Assembly: GCA_016182565.1 (NCBI GenBank)
Contig: JACPGI010000005.1
Span: forward strand, 11,005 to 75,004
Length of the DNA: 64,000 bases
Reading direction: 5' to 3'
DNA from: a candidate division WWE3 bacterium
GTDB taxonomy: Bacteria; Patescibacteriota; WWE3; UBA101185; UBA10185
In this document: positions 48,666 to 57,853 of the stretch, in pieces
Layout of the letters: each line of letters begins with the position of its first letter
Numbering within the stretch: position 1 is the first letter of the stretch
The notes under the pieces: model-generated
What the model was told of the DNA's origin: nothing
Database searches by the model: none
What the model saw: the letters and a program-made list of their open reading frames with translations, nothing else
Program-made: the position numbers and the translations under genes

Positions 48666-48725
48666 AGATGATTTTGATAAGATTTATTTAATTCTTATTC
48701 TTACGCCTCACTGTACCCCTGGTTT

Positions 48726-49115
48726 TTAATCTTCACCTTCTAGAACACAAAATCCTTTTTGAGCACAGGGGATAACAAGATCATTTCCGGAGTTATTCAC
48801 TATTTGTTCTAATTTTTGTAGATTTGTTCGCATGATGGATGCCGGACCCTTTACTACATTTTCATCAAGTCCTAAGTACCCGGCTGTAACGCTAAAAAAT
48901 ATCAGAAAACCAAGTATTATAAGGAACCCAAAAATTGACTGAGTTAAAGATTGCTTTGCACCCTCTAAAGATTTTGCATCTCCCAGAGACATGGCATATT
49001 TATATGCACTCCATAAAATCATTATGATAAATACTCCACCACTTCCGTAGAGTACTAAGTTAAAGGCTCTTGCTACAGAATCTGCAATTGTAGCTATCTG
49101 TGTTCCGTCTATCAT
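48726..49115 (-). CDS. VirB2/TrbC-like T4SS pilin
   Basis: Two TM helices linked by YKYAMSLGDAKSLEGAKQSLTQSIFG. Confidence 0.75.
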   Translation of the reverse strand: MIDGTQIATIADSVARAFNLVLYGSGGVFIIMILWSAYKYAMSLGDAKSLEGAKQSLTQSIFGFLIILGFLIFFSVTAGYLGLDENVVKGPASIMRTNLQKLEQIVNNSGNDLVIPCAQKGFCVLEGED

Positions 49116-49558
49116 AGTTGATCCACTAAATAAATATCGGCATTTTCACCACCAACTAAATTAAGAATAATCTTCATGAAGGTGAAGGAGCCTAGCGTAA
49201 GTATTAATGCAAATATAGAGTAGGTTAATGATTGTTTAGCTTCGTTTGTTGCTTTAGCATCTCCTTGAGCCATCGCGTACTTGATACCGGATCTTATTAT
49301 GGCAATCATCGAGATAGATATAGCAAGTGCGAGGAATACATTTATGGCTGGGCCTAAAACATTATCAATTTTTGTCCAGTCTACATTCCCCGAAACTCCG
49401 GCACCAATTCCCACGAAACTAAAATCTATATCCTCAGCATCTGCATACACATTTGGTTTAAAAGAAAACACAACCATACTTGATACAAAAAGTACTGTGG
49501 CAAAAAATATACCCCTTTTATTTAATTTCAAAAACCTGTAAAACCTATTTTTAATCAT
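49112..49558 (-). CDS. VirB2/TrbC-like T4SS pilin with signal peptide
   Basis: SGIKYAMAQGDAKATNEAKQSLTYSIFAL. Confidence 0.78.
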   Translation of the reverse strand: MIKNRFYRFLKLNKRGIFFATVLFVSSMVVFSFKPNVYADAEDIDFSFVGIGAGVSGNVDWTKIDNVLGPAINVFLALAISISMIAIIRSGIKYAMAQGDAKATNEAKQSLTYSIFALILTLGSFTFMKIILNLVGGENADIYLVDQL

Positions 49559-49610
49559 AGATGAAGACGATAAAAACCCATTATTATTTACTGCTTTTTT
49601 AAAACATCGC

Positions 49611-49642
49611 TCAAGAAGTCTGGCTCTTGCCAGACTTCTTGA
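49611..49642 (-). terminator. Strong hairpin inside the pilin array
   Basis: Perfect 14-bp stem TCAAGAAGTCTGGC-TCTT-GCCAGACTTCTTGA just after the stop of 49657-49980. Confidence 0.7.
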
Positions 49643-49656
49643 CTCAAAACTGACTA

Positions 49657-49980
49657 CTAGAAAGTTGGTGTTACTGTATCATCTAGGTCTTCAACACCTT
49701 GAGCATCAATCATTGAAATGACGATGGTTTTTATAGTAAATGCCCCTAATACAACGATGAAACCGATAACTGCATTTGTTAAAGAAGTTCTAGCTTCCTG
49801 TGCAGCTTTCTGATCTCCCTTGGAGGTTATGTACTGTATACCACCCAAGATTAAGTAAATGATGGTCAAAGACACACCAATACCCAAAACAACGTTAATT
49901 GCTAAAGCAAAGACGTCTTTTAAATTTTCTATTTTACCCAAAGTTATTGGGGTTACGTCTACGGCTAACGCTTTGATCAT
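49657..49980 (-). CDS. VirB2/TrbC-like T4SS pilin (candidate major pilin)
   Basis: GGIQYITSKGDQKAAQEARTSLTNAVIG; very strong SD AAGGAGGT. Confidence 0.85.
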   Translation of the reverse strand: MIKALAVDVTPITLGKIENLKDVFALAINVVLGIGVSLTIIYLILGGIQYITSKGDQKAAQEARTSLTNAVIGFIVVLGAFTIKTIVISMIDAQGVEDLDDTVTPTF

Positions 49981-50000
49981 AAATTACACCTCCTTCTAAA

Positions 50001-50372
50001 TTAAAATCCGGGATCTCCCCCTGTAATTATACTACCTACTAATATCCTCAAGATGCCAATGGCACCAAGGACGAATATCAACCCCATTATAGCAGCTGTG
50101 AGATCCTCTCTGGCACCTTGTACACTTTTTGGATCTCCAGCACTTGTCATGATGGTATATCCGGCCACAACCACCTTGATCATGCCTATGATAACAATTG
50201 CTGGAAAGACAATGCCATATATTGTTGTAAGCAAATCTTTAAAATCTAGTGCCGGGGGTGTTGGGCATGCGGGTTGCCCCATCCCGCCGCAATCATCTAC
50301 ACCGGCAAATACATGTCTATTAATTCCTAAAAAATTCAAAATTGTATAAAAAAATTCTGTAAAAGGTTTCAT
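50001..50372 (-). CDS. VirB2/TrbC-like T4SS pilin
   Basis: AGYTIMTSAGDPKSVQGAREDLTAAIMG; start placed at ATG 50372. Confidence 0.82.
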   Translation of the reverse strand: MKPFTEFFYTILNFLGINRHVFAGVDDCGGMGQPACPTPPALDFKDLLTTIYGIVFPAIVIIGMIKVVVAGYTIMTSAGDPKSVQGAREDLTAAIMGLIFVLGAIGILRILVGSIITGGDPGF

Positions 50373-50390
50373 AACTGATATACTATTCCA

Positions 50391-52250
50391 ATGCCCCTTC
50401 CAAGGAATTATCAAGGTTATAGTAATAAGAGTCAAGTAAGATTTATTGGTATCATGGGGTCTTTTTTGATATTTTTAGTTGCACTTATCCTTTCAGTTTT
50501 TACAAACAATTTACAGGTAACTTATGCAGATGACCCCTGCAAAAATATTGCAGATCAAAATGCTCAGATTGAGTGTTACAACAAGGAACTTGCTGAGTTA
50601 AATAAAGATCAAGCTTCTAAAAATAAAAAGCTCAGTGACGTGAGGTCCAAGATAGATTCTGTTAGCTCAAAAATTGCAGGGCTTGCCGGACAACTTAGTG
50701 TAAAACAATCCGAATTAAACGCCATTGATTCCGATATTAAAGAGGTAGAAAACGAACTTAACGAGATAGATAAAAAACTAGAAGAACGTCATATCTCTAT
50801 AGATAAAAGATCAGAACTACGCGACAAAGTTCTGCGCAACCACTATCAATCCGGTATGCTAAATGATCTCGAGCTTTTTATTTCTCTTTTTCCACAAGAC
50901 AAAGGTTTAAACGGATTTCAATTTGCCACCCTTTCATTCATGTTTGATAAGGCTCTTACAAACGACTCTATTAGACTAATTGAAATCCTAAATAAAGAGA
51001 TAAAAAGTTTTGAAGCCGACCGAGATGAATCTGCCAAACTAAAGGCGGAGCTAGAAACGGCCATGAAAAATCTAGTTGCAGCAAAACTTGCTCTTGACGC
51101 TCAGAAAAAAGTTGCACAGGACGATCTGACAAAACTTGCTGACCAAGAAGAAGACATAGAGGAGGACTTAAAAGATATCCAGGCCGAGATATCTAAATTT
51201 AGTGAGAAGCAGCAGGCGATCTTAGCTCAAAAGAGTGGTGAGGGTGTGGTGAGCGGTTATGATGCTCCAGAGTATAAACTTCCCAATCCACCCTTTACCC
51301 CAGCCTTTGCTGCTATGAGCTACGGTGCTTATACACATAACAATGGTATGAGTCAGTATGGTGCAAAAGGTCGAGCACAAGCCGGCCACGATTACAAGAA
51401 AATACTGAAGCATTACTATAGTGTTGATGTTAAAACTCAAGGTGGTTTCCCAAGCAAGATATCGGTGTCTGGCTATGGCGATATTGACTTTCAAAAGTAT
51501 TTATACGGTATAGCCGAAATGCCTTCTGATTGGCCATCTGATGCACTTAAATCTCAGGCCATCGCTGCAAGAACGTATGCTTATAATTACGCTAAAGCAG
51601 GAAAAACTATATGCACTACTGAAAGCTGCCAAGTTTTTCTGAAAAGTAAATCAGATAATCCACCATCGGCATGGAAAAAGGCAGTTGATGATACTAAAGC
51701 AATGATTCTTGATAACCCCAAAACCTCCCAGTATTCATCCACAACCGGTGGTTATCTAAACCAATCCGGTTGGGATACAGCTGGTAAATGGCCACAAGAT
51801 GCCTACGAAAAAAAGGCGGGTTCTCCTTGGTTTTATAAAGCGTGGTATACACAGACATATAGGGATAATTCAAGTACTTGTGGTAGGTCTTCCCCATGGC
51901 TAAATAAAGAGGAAATGGCTGATGTTATAAATGCATGGAAAGTTTGGCGAAAAGGAAGTGGAAGCGAAAAAGGTCATATCTCCCCTACCACAACCAGTTG
52001 CTGGGGAGGTGATCCTTACTCACTTTCTGAAATGAGAGAGGTCGCTTCTAAATACGGCGATTCATATAAGTCAGTTAGTAATGTTTCAGTAGATATAAGC
52101 ACAAATGGTTATACCTCTAAAGTAACTTTTCAGACTGATAAAGGTAGTATTTCAATTTCAGGTGAGGAATTAAAGACGGTTTTTAACCTTCGAGCTCCCG
52201 GATATGTATCCTTAAGAAATAGGCTGTTTGACTTTGAGGTACGTAACTAA
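50391..52250 (+). CDS. Secreted coiled-coil protein with SpoIID/LytB domain (putative peptidoglycan lytic enzyme)
   Basis: Signal peptide and long coiled coil; HNNGMSQYGA...ILKHYY, AEMPSDWPSDALKSQAIAARTYA and ICTTESCQV motifs. Confidence 0.85.
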   Translation: MPLPRNYQGYSNKSQVRFIGIMGSFLIFLVALILSVFTNNLQVTYADDPCKNIADQNAQIECYNKELAELNKDQASKNKKLSDVRSKIDSVSSKIAGLAGQLSVKQSELNAIDSDIKEVENELNEIDKKLEERHISIDKRSELRDKVLRNHYQSGMLNDLELFISLFPQDKGLNGFQFATLSFMFDKALTNDSIRLIEILNKEIKSFEADRDESAKLKAELETAMKNLVAAKLALDAQKKVAQDDLTKLADQEEDIEEDLKDIQAEISKFSEKQQAILAQKSGEGVVSGYDAPEYKLPNPPFTPAFAAMSYGAYTHNNGMSQYGAKGRAQAGHDYKKILKHYYSVDVKTQGGFPSKISVSGYGDIDFQKYLYGIAEMPSDWPSDALKSQAIAARTYAYNYAKAGKTICTTESCQVFLKSKSDNPPSAWKKAVDDTKAMILDNPKTSQYSSTTGGYLNQSGWDTAGKWPQDAYEKKAGSPWFYKAWYTQTYRDNSSTCGRSSPWLNKEEMADVINAWKVWRKGSGSEKGHISPTTTSCWGGDPYSLSEMREVASKYGDSYKSVSNVSVDISTNGYTSKVTFQTDKGSISISGEELKTVFNLRAPGYVSLRNRLFDFEVRN

Positions 52251-52337
52251 CAGAGGACAGCAAAAACCCTTTGTTTTACTTTTTCAACTATCCCATCTTG
52301 CAACTCCGCCGGGGTCATCAATGATGCTATAATTTCC

Positions 52338-52925
52338 GTGATGGGTTTACTTTATAGTTCATATATAAAAAGTCCAAAAAATGTCTGTTTTGACGGTGAG
52401 GACAAAGATGAGCAAGTACTACTTGTGCTACGAAGGCACTTTATAACTAATTTTAACTGGGTAGTTGTTTCCATTTTATTGTTTAATGCTCCACAAATTG
52501 CTTCATTTATCCTAAGGGTAAATGGTGTTGCTACTTGGGAATTTTTGCCCATTTCATATCGGACTATCCTATTTTTCTTCTGGTATCTTTTTAGCTTTGG
52601 TTATTTTTTTGTTTCATTTCTAATTTGGTATTTTAGTGTTTATATCGTTTCTTCAAAAAGAGTTGTTGATATAGATTTTCAAGGCTTCACAAATAGAAGG
52701 TTTTCAGAAGCCCTTCTGACAAATATCCAAGACCTAACTCATACAATAAACGGGACCATGCAAGTAATCTTTCATTTTGGGAATCTATTTATTCAAACTG
52801 CCGCTGAAAAGCAAGAAATTGAGTTTGAGTCAATCCCGGATCCGGCCAGTGTCCAGGATTTTATTTCAGATATTACACGGGGTGTAAAAATAGACGGGGC
52901 CCCGGATATAAAGGAACCAAAATGA
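52338..52925 (+). CDS. Bacterial PH-domain (bPH_2-like) membrane protein
   Basis: VLRRH, two TMs, YIVSSKRVVDIDFQG and FGNLFIQTAAE. Confidence 0.8.
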   Translation: MMGLLYSSYIKSPKNVCFDGEDKDEQVLLVLRRHFITNFNWVVVSILLFNAPQIASFILRVNGVATWEFLPISYRTILFFFWYLFSFGYFFVSFLIWYFSVYIVSSKRVVDIDFQGFTNRRFSEALLTNIQDLTHTINGTMQVIFHFGNLFIQTAAEKQEIEFESIPDPASVQDFISDITRGVKIDGAPDIKEPK

Positions 52926-53152
52926 CTTCACTAGTTGATATTTTTGCAAATCCCACAATACTTCTTGCGTTAAAAATTTCTGTATTAATTCTACTTGGTA
53001 TTTATAATATTTTTTCTTTTGTAGTCTTAAAACAAGTAGTTCTCATGAATAAGACCTTTCAAACAAGCTATGGGACTTTATTTAGAATGATGGCTTTAGT
53101 TCATCTTGTGGCTGTTACTTTGGTATTCTTATTTGCTTTCATCATATTATGA
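52922..53152 (+). CDS. Small two-TM protein (DUF5657-like)
   Basis: FSFVVLKQVVLMNKT pattern; ATGA overlaps on both sides. Confidence 0.65.
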   Translation: MTSLVDIFANPTILLALKISVLILLGIYNIFSFVVLKQVVLMNKTFQTSYGTLFRMMALVHLVAVTLVFLFAFIIL

Positions 53153-54903
53153 AAAAGAAACTTAATGCTCGAACCCAAAAACTTATTAAAACGCTTCCTA
53201 CCCTTTCAAAAAGCTTTGCAGGCTCTGTAACTATAGAGCCGGATGAAGAAGACCTTCTTGAGAAACGTGGGGTAATTTATTCTATTTTTGATTTAACTAC
53301 TTACACTGAAATCGACCCACTTCTTGTGTCAAAAATTGTTCATGATGTTTTATTTGATTCGTACTATGCGTCCGAGACTACTTCTCCCATTCAATCTTTG
53401 GAGCGAGCTATTGTAAATGTGCGCGACAAAGTAACTAAACTTTCTGAGGCTACAGGTAATGTGGAGTTCACACCAACATTTAATATGTTAGCCGCAGCTT
53501 TGTGGGGAAACGTTTTATATATGGTGCAATTTGGTAAAGGCGGAAGTTACCTTGTACGGGACAATACACTAAAACCTGTAAACTCAGCAACCGAGGGAAG
53601 TTTTTCGGTAGCAAGTGGAGTTGTTAAGGATGATGATGTTGTGATACTTGGGACAAAAACTTTTTTTGAAAAATATACGGCACAGGACTTAATCTCAGAA
53701 TCTGTTTCTTTTTCGATGCATAATCTCCCAGATACAGCGGCGGCGTTTTTATTGAAATTTGATGTCGTTTCTGAATTTACAGAAGAAGAAACAATTGACT
53801 TTAACTTAGGTGAAAACAGTGATAAAAAAGACCCTAAAGAAAAAGATTTCCCTATAGCTACTACAAGTAAATCCAAGTCATATAAAACAAAACTTTTTTC
53901 CACAATGCCAAAAATTTCGTTAACTAAAGTAATCGGGCAGGGGGTTAATTGGTATTACGTTGGAATTATTATTTTGATTGTTGGGTTAGGGCTCTCAATT
54001 TTTACAACGTTTAAAAATAAACAGAAAAATAACCAAGACACAAATGGTGGTGCTGCAACTAGTAACGATAGTGCTAATAAGGACAGTGAAGTCAAACCTC
54101 TATCCCCCGAGGAGATTGTTGCAAAACAACTCGAGGAAGATACCAAAAATAAAACTTCACGTGTAGAGGCGAAGTTTTTCTACGATCTAAAGCTTGTTGA
54201 TGAGGGGGCAAATCCAAATGATATTGTAGTACTTGATAGTGCTGTTGTAGTGTCTGATAAATCTTCCGGCAAAGTATTTTTTTCAAGCAATGTAACCCCA
54301 AAATTTACAGAAGAATTTAATGCGAGTGGAGTTTCAAACCTTAATTATTTTGGTGGGGATTTAAGTTTTACAGATGGTGAAGGTTACAAGATTTATGACC
54401 TAACAAAAAAGACCATTACCGAGAAATATGTTGGAAAATTATCCTCTGTTGCAGCGCCTTACTTAGCATTTCTATATGGCGTAAAAGATAACACTATACA
54501 AAAATATCAACTTTTAGATACGGGGCTAGTTGGTGCTGAGTGGGCCACAAGCGATGAATTTAACGGAGTTACTTCTATAGCAATTGATGGAAGTATTTAT
54601 GTTTTGAAAACGGATAGCATTACTAAATACCTTTCCGGAGAAAAAACTGATTTTTCTTTGGACGCTTTAGCCCAAAAATTAAATGGTGCTAACAAAGTAA
54701 TAAAAGATATTGATCTTGATAAAGTTTATGTTTCCGATGCTGGGAATAAAAGAATTCTGGTTTTAGATGAAAACGGTGGGTTAATAAAACAGATCTTAGC
54801 TAAGGGTGATGAATTTAATGACATTAAGAGTATAAGTGTTTCAAGGGACGAAAAGATTTTGTACGTATTGAGTGGAAGTAAAGTGTACGAAGTGGGCATG
54901 TAA
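53149..54903 (+). CDS. Membrane protein with PP2C-like N-terminal fold and extracellular beta-propeller
   Basis: LYMVQFGKGGSYLVRD...ASGVVKDDDVVILGT; TM; AIDGSIYVL and VYVSDAGNKRILVLD (NHL-like). Confidence 0.7.
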   Translation: MKKKLNARTQKLIKTLPTLSKSFAGSVTIEPDEEDLLEKRGVIYSIFDLTTYTEIDPLLVSKIVHDVLFDSYYASETTSPIQSLERAIVNVRDKVTKLSEATGNVEFTPTFNMLAAALWGNVLYMVQFGKGGSYLVRDNTLKPVNSATEGSFSVASGVVKDDDVVILGTKTFFEKYTAQDLISESVSFSMHNLPDTAAAFLLKFDVVSEFTEEETIDFNLGENSDKKDPKEKDFPIATTSKSKSYKTKLFSTMPKISLTKVIGQGVNWYYVGIIILIVGLGLSIFTTFKNKQKNNQDTNGGAATSNDSANKDSEVKPLSPEEIVAKQLEEDTKNKTSRVEAKFFYDLKLVDEGANPNDIVVLDSAVVVSDKSSGKVFFSSNVTPKFTEEFNASGVSNLNYFGGDLSFTDGEGYKIYDLTKKTITEKYVGKLSSVAAPYLAFLYGVKDNTIQKYQLLDTGLVGAEWATSDEFNGVTSIAIDGSIYVLKTDSITKYLSGEKTDFSLDALAQKLNGANKVIKDIDLDKVYVSDAGNKRILVLDENGGLIKQILAKGDEFNDIKSISVSRDEKILYVLSGSKVYEVGM

Positions 54904-55017
54904 TAACAAGTAATACCTTTGGTTTTTTTGCCATGTTATCCACCTTCTTTCCCTGACTTATTGTATATTTCTTGGTGCATTGCCATTCCGCCATAATTCT
55001 TAGATAATGCCCAAGTT

Positions 55018-55476
55018 ATGCTTATTTCAAGAAACCGTAAGGCTACTTTCGACTATGAAATCATTGATAAATACATAGCAGGTATGATTTTAAAAGGTCA
55101 CGAGGTAAAAGCACTTCGGGAAAAAAAAGTAAATATGGACGGATCTTATATAAAACCAATGCCAGATGGTTTATATGTTGTTGGTATGCATATTGGAAGA
55201 TACTCAAGTCAAAGCCAGAAATACATGGAAGAAAACTCTAGGGCTCCAAGAAAAATTTTACTTACGAACCGGGAAACTTTTATTATAAGAAGAGCTTTAG
55301 AAGAAAAAGGTAAAACTGCAGTTCCTTTGGCGGTACTTCTAAAGAATAATCTATTGAAATTAGAAATAGCTACTGTGAAAGGTAGACAAAAAGAAGGTAA
55401 AAAAGTGGTAGCAAAAGAACGCCAGATAAAAATGGATCTTGCAAGAGAAGCTAAGCAGTATAGGAAATTGGTTTAA
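55018..55476 (+). CDS. smpB: SsrA-binding protein SmpB
   Basis: NRKATFDYEIIDKYIAGMILKGHEVKALR and RKILL motifs; near tmRNA. Confidence 0.95.
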   Translation: MLISRNRKATFDYEIIDKYIAGMILKGHEVKALREKKVNMDGSYIKPMPDGLYVVGMHIGRYSSQSQKYMEENSRAPRKILLTNRETFIIRRALEEKGKTAVPLAVLLKNNLLKLEIATVKGRQKEGKKVVAKERQIKMDLAREAKQYRKLV

Positions 55477-55507
55477 TTTTTGTATTGTAGCTGGTGTTGA
55501 AAAAGAA

Positions 55508-55831
55508 ATGAAACAACTAAAGATAGAAAAAGTAAGTGCATTTATAGAATTTGTAAGAGAACAGGGTGTGGTTGGGTTAGCTGTTGGATTTATATTGGGT
55601 GGCGCTGTGTCTAAAGTAGTGACTTCTTTAGTAAGTGATATAATCAACCCAGTTCTTGGGGTAATACTAGGTTTTGCAGGTAATCTTATTGATGCCAAAC
55701 TAGTACTAGGAACTGTTATTTTTCCCTATGGTCACTTTTTAACTACACTGATAGATCTTGCTGTTATTGCAGCAGTAGTTTATTTTGGAGTTAAAGGTTT
55801 AGGACTAGATAACTTGGACAAGAAGAAATAA
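55508..55831 (+). CDS. mscL: Large-conductance mechanosensitive channel MscL
   Basis: FIEFVREQGVVGLAVGFILGGAVSKVVTSLVSDIINP...YGHFL. Confidence 0.9.
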   Translation: MKQLKIEKVSAFIEFVREQGVVGLAVGFILGGAVSKVVTSLVSDIINPVLGVILGFAGNLIDAKLVLGTVIFPYGHFLTTLIDLAVIAAVVYFGVKGLGLDNLDKKK

Positions 55832-55844
55832 TTCTTGTATATCT

Positions 55845-56233
55845 GGGGATGTCCCGGATTTGATTGGAAGTTCAAGGTTTGAGAGCAAGTCGAGTTTGAT
55901 AAGTCACTCGTTAAACAATATCAAACGTTAAATGCAGACGAAAATGCTTATATAGCTCAACCAGCTTTGGTTGGTGCTCTAGCCTAACAAAAATACGGCT
56001 AGGATTTTCTTATCTTTTATCCGGAAGGGGTATGAAAGTCTTATAAAACCGGATTGCGGAAACTGGGAAGTGATTTGACCTAGAATCCAAGTGTGTAAAC
56101 GCAAACCATAAAATCTATGAAGGGTTTAGGGTTAAGTTAATTTCCTGACCTTCTGAGTAAAAATTAACTAAACTTGTACACTTTTAAATTTTTGGCTTTC
56201 AAGACAGGGGTTCGATTCCCCTCATCTCCACCA
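55845..56233 (+). ncRNA. ssrA: tmRNA; tag peptide (A)ADENAYIAQPALVGALA* at 55934-55987
   Basis: 5' GGGGATG pairs with 3' CATCTCC-ACCA (G3:U alanine identity); T-arm GGGGTTCGATTCCCC; internal tag ending in ALA*; near smpB. Confidence 0.95.
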
Positions 56234-56236
56234 ATT

Positions 56237-56809
56237 CTATTGGTTTTGCTTGGCTGAGCTAGTAGCAGTCAAAATTGCTTTATAAACCAAAACCGAAGTC
56301 GTAACTGTCATTGGTTCAAACTTTGTATTTAAAGCATTTTCTATAACATTTAATTTTTCTTTATGATTAGTCGGTGCATCAATTTCTAAGCTCCACCCCA
56401 AGTATTCAATATTTTCCAAGTTATAATCTGTATGATTTTCTTTATCAATGTATTGAAGTGAGTCTCGTCTAAATGAAAATACTAACTTCATATCCAAACT
56501 TGCCATAATTTCTTTTCCTACATCTAGGGATTCTATAGGTAGTTTAAAACCAAACTTTTGAGATGATACCCCGTTTTCATATGCTTTAAGCGCATATTTC
56601 AGAGTAAAGTCATGGTCTCCCCCATAATGAAATTCTCTTAGAATAAATACTGATTTGCCGTTAGACTCATATACTTTTGCATTAGGACAGTATATATAGT
56701 CTGTAAATCCATATGGAGATGGTTCTCCAAAGATTTTGTTTAGATATTCTTTTACTAGTGCTTAGTTGGGTATTTTGGCTCTTAATTCCGTTTCTAATTG
56801 TGAATTCAT
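56237..56809 (-). pseudogene. CYTH-domain (CyaB-like) gene with an in-frame TAA at codon 16
   Basis: ATG 56809 gives MNSQLETELRAKIPN*ALVKEYL...TDYIY...ILRE...LGWSLEID, in frame with ORF 56237-56506. ExExR N-terminal motif is typical of CYTH. Confidence 0.65.
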
Positions 56810-56989
56810 AGGCCTTGGAATTATAACACCACATATTTATTGCCTATTGTCTTACCCCACTAGATATTTATTTACCCAAATCTTTTTCCACGTCCCTATA
56901 ATAGCTACAGGTCATTTAGTAACATATACTACAGGTCCCTATTGTGTTTTTTCTTTTGGTTAAAGCATAAAAGGGGCTGTGGATAACAT

Positions 56990-57673
56990 ATGGAAAACTT
57001 TTTAAAAACGTTATTTCCGGAGGAATGTATTTTCTGTCAGAAGGAAGGTACTTCATTTTGTACAAAATGCCTGAGTAGTTGTGAGCTGCTTCAGTACGGC
57101 TATTGTGTTATATGTAAGGAAAAAGCTTTCGAGGGAAAAACTCATAAATTTTGTATATCAGACACAGTCCCTACTCAGATATTTTCTCCGTTGATTTATA
57201 AAGATAAAGTACGTGAATGCATCATGAGATCTAAGTATGCTTCCATGGAGTTTGCCTCTCTTAAGGCTTTAACTCATTATGGTGTGACTTATTTTAAACA
57301 AACTTCTCCCATTCTTGATGATTTCATAATCATAGCTGTACCCATAAGCTGGCAAAGATATAAGGCGCGCGGGTTTAATCAGGTGGACTTAATCGCTGCA
57401 ATTTTAGGTAAAAGACTTGGGCTAAGGTTTGAAAACCCTATTCTTATTAGAAAACGTGAAACTGAAGCCCAAAGTGGCCAATCAAAAGATCAGCGTCAAA
57501 GGAATGTATCAGATGCTTTTGAAGTAAGTCCTAAAAAGGACATAAGAGGTCAGAAGTTTTTGTTAGTCGATGATATATGTACGACCGGATCAACCCTTCT
57601 TGAATGTTCTAGGGTTTTATATGGCGCTGGAGCCTTGGAAGTGAGGTGTTTTACGCTTACTCGGGTGTTATAA
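56990..57673 (+). CDS. comF: ComF family protein (zinc ribbon plus PRTase)
   Basis: LFPEECIFC...CTKC, CVIC, RGFNQ and LLVDDICTTGSTL motifs. Confidence 0.92.
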   Translation: MENFLKTLFPEECIFCQKEGTSFCTKCLSSCELLQYGYCVICKEKAFEGKTHKFCISDTVPTQIFSPLIYKDKVRECIMRSKYASMEFASLKALTHYGVTYFKQTSPILDDFIIIAVPISWQRYKARGFNQVDLIAAILGKRLGLRFENPILIRKRETEAQSGQSKDQRQRNVSDAFEVSPKKDIRGQKFLLVDDICTTGSTLLECSRVLYGAGALEVRCFTLTRVL

Positions 57674-57685
57674 TGCCATGCGAGT

Positions 57686-57776
57686 GGAGGGTTGGCCGAG
57701 TGGCCCAAGGCAGCGGTTTGCTAAACCGTGGCGATATAAAAGTCGCCCGTGAGTTCGAATCTCACACCCTCCGCCA
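57686..57776 (+). tRNA. tRNA-Ser (GCT)
   Basis: Acceptor GGAGGGT/ACCCTCC plus GCCA; anticodon arm GCGGT-TTGCTAA-ACCGT; long variable arm. Confidence 0.96.
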
Positions 57777-57853
57777 TATAAATATAACCAAAACTCTACC
57801 TTTAATAGAATCCTAGTACTGCCATTCATATTTTATTATGATATAAATTTTTT

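Noticed and set aside
37881-50435. Integrative conjugative element or plasmid insertion
   Set aside because: No integrase, relaxase, coupling protein or flanking direct repeat was seen, and composition resembles the core genes.
55845-57000. Prophage or island integrated at tmRNA
   Set aside because: No integrase and no duplicated tmRNA 3' end was found; comF follows within 0.8 kb.
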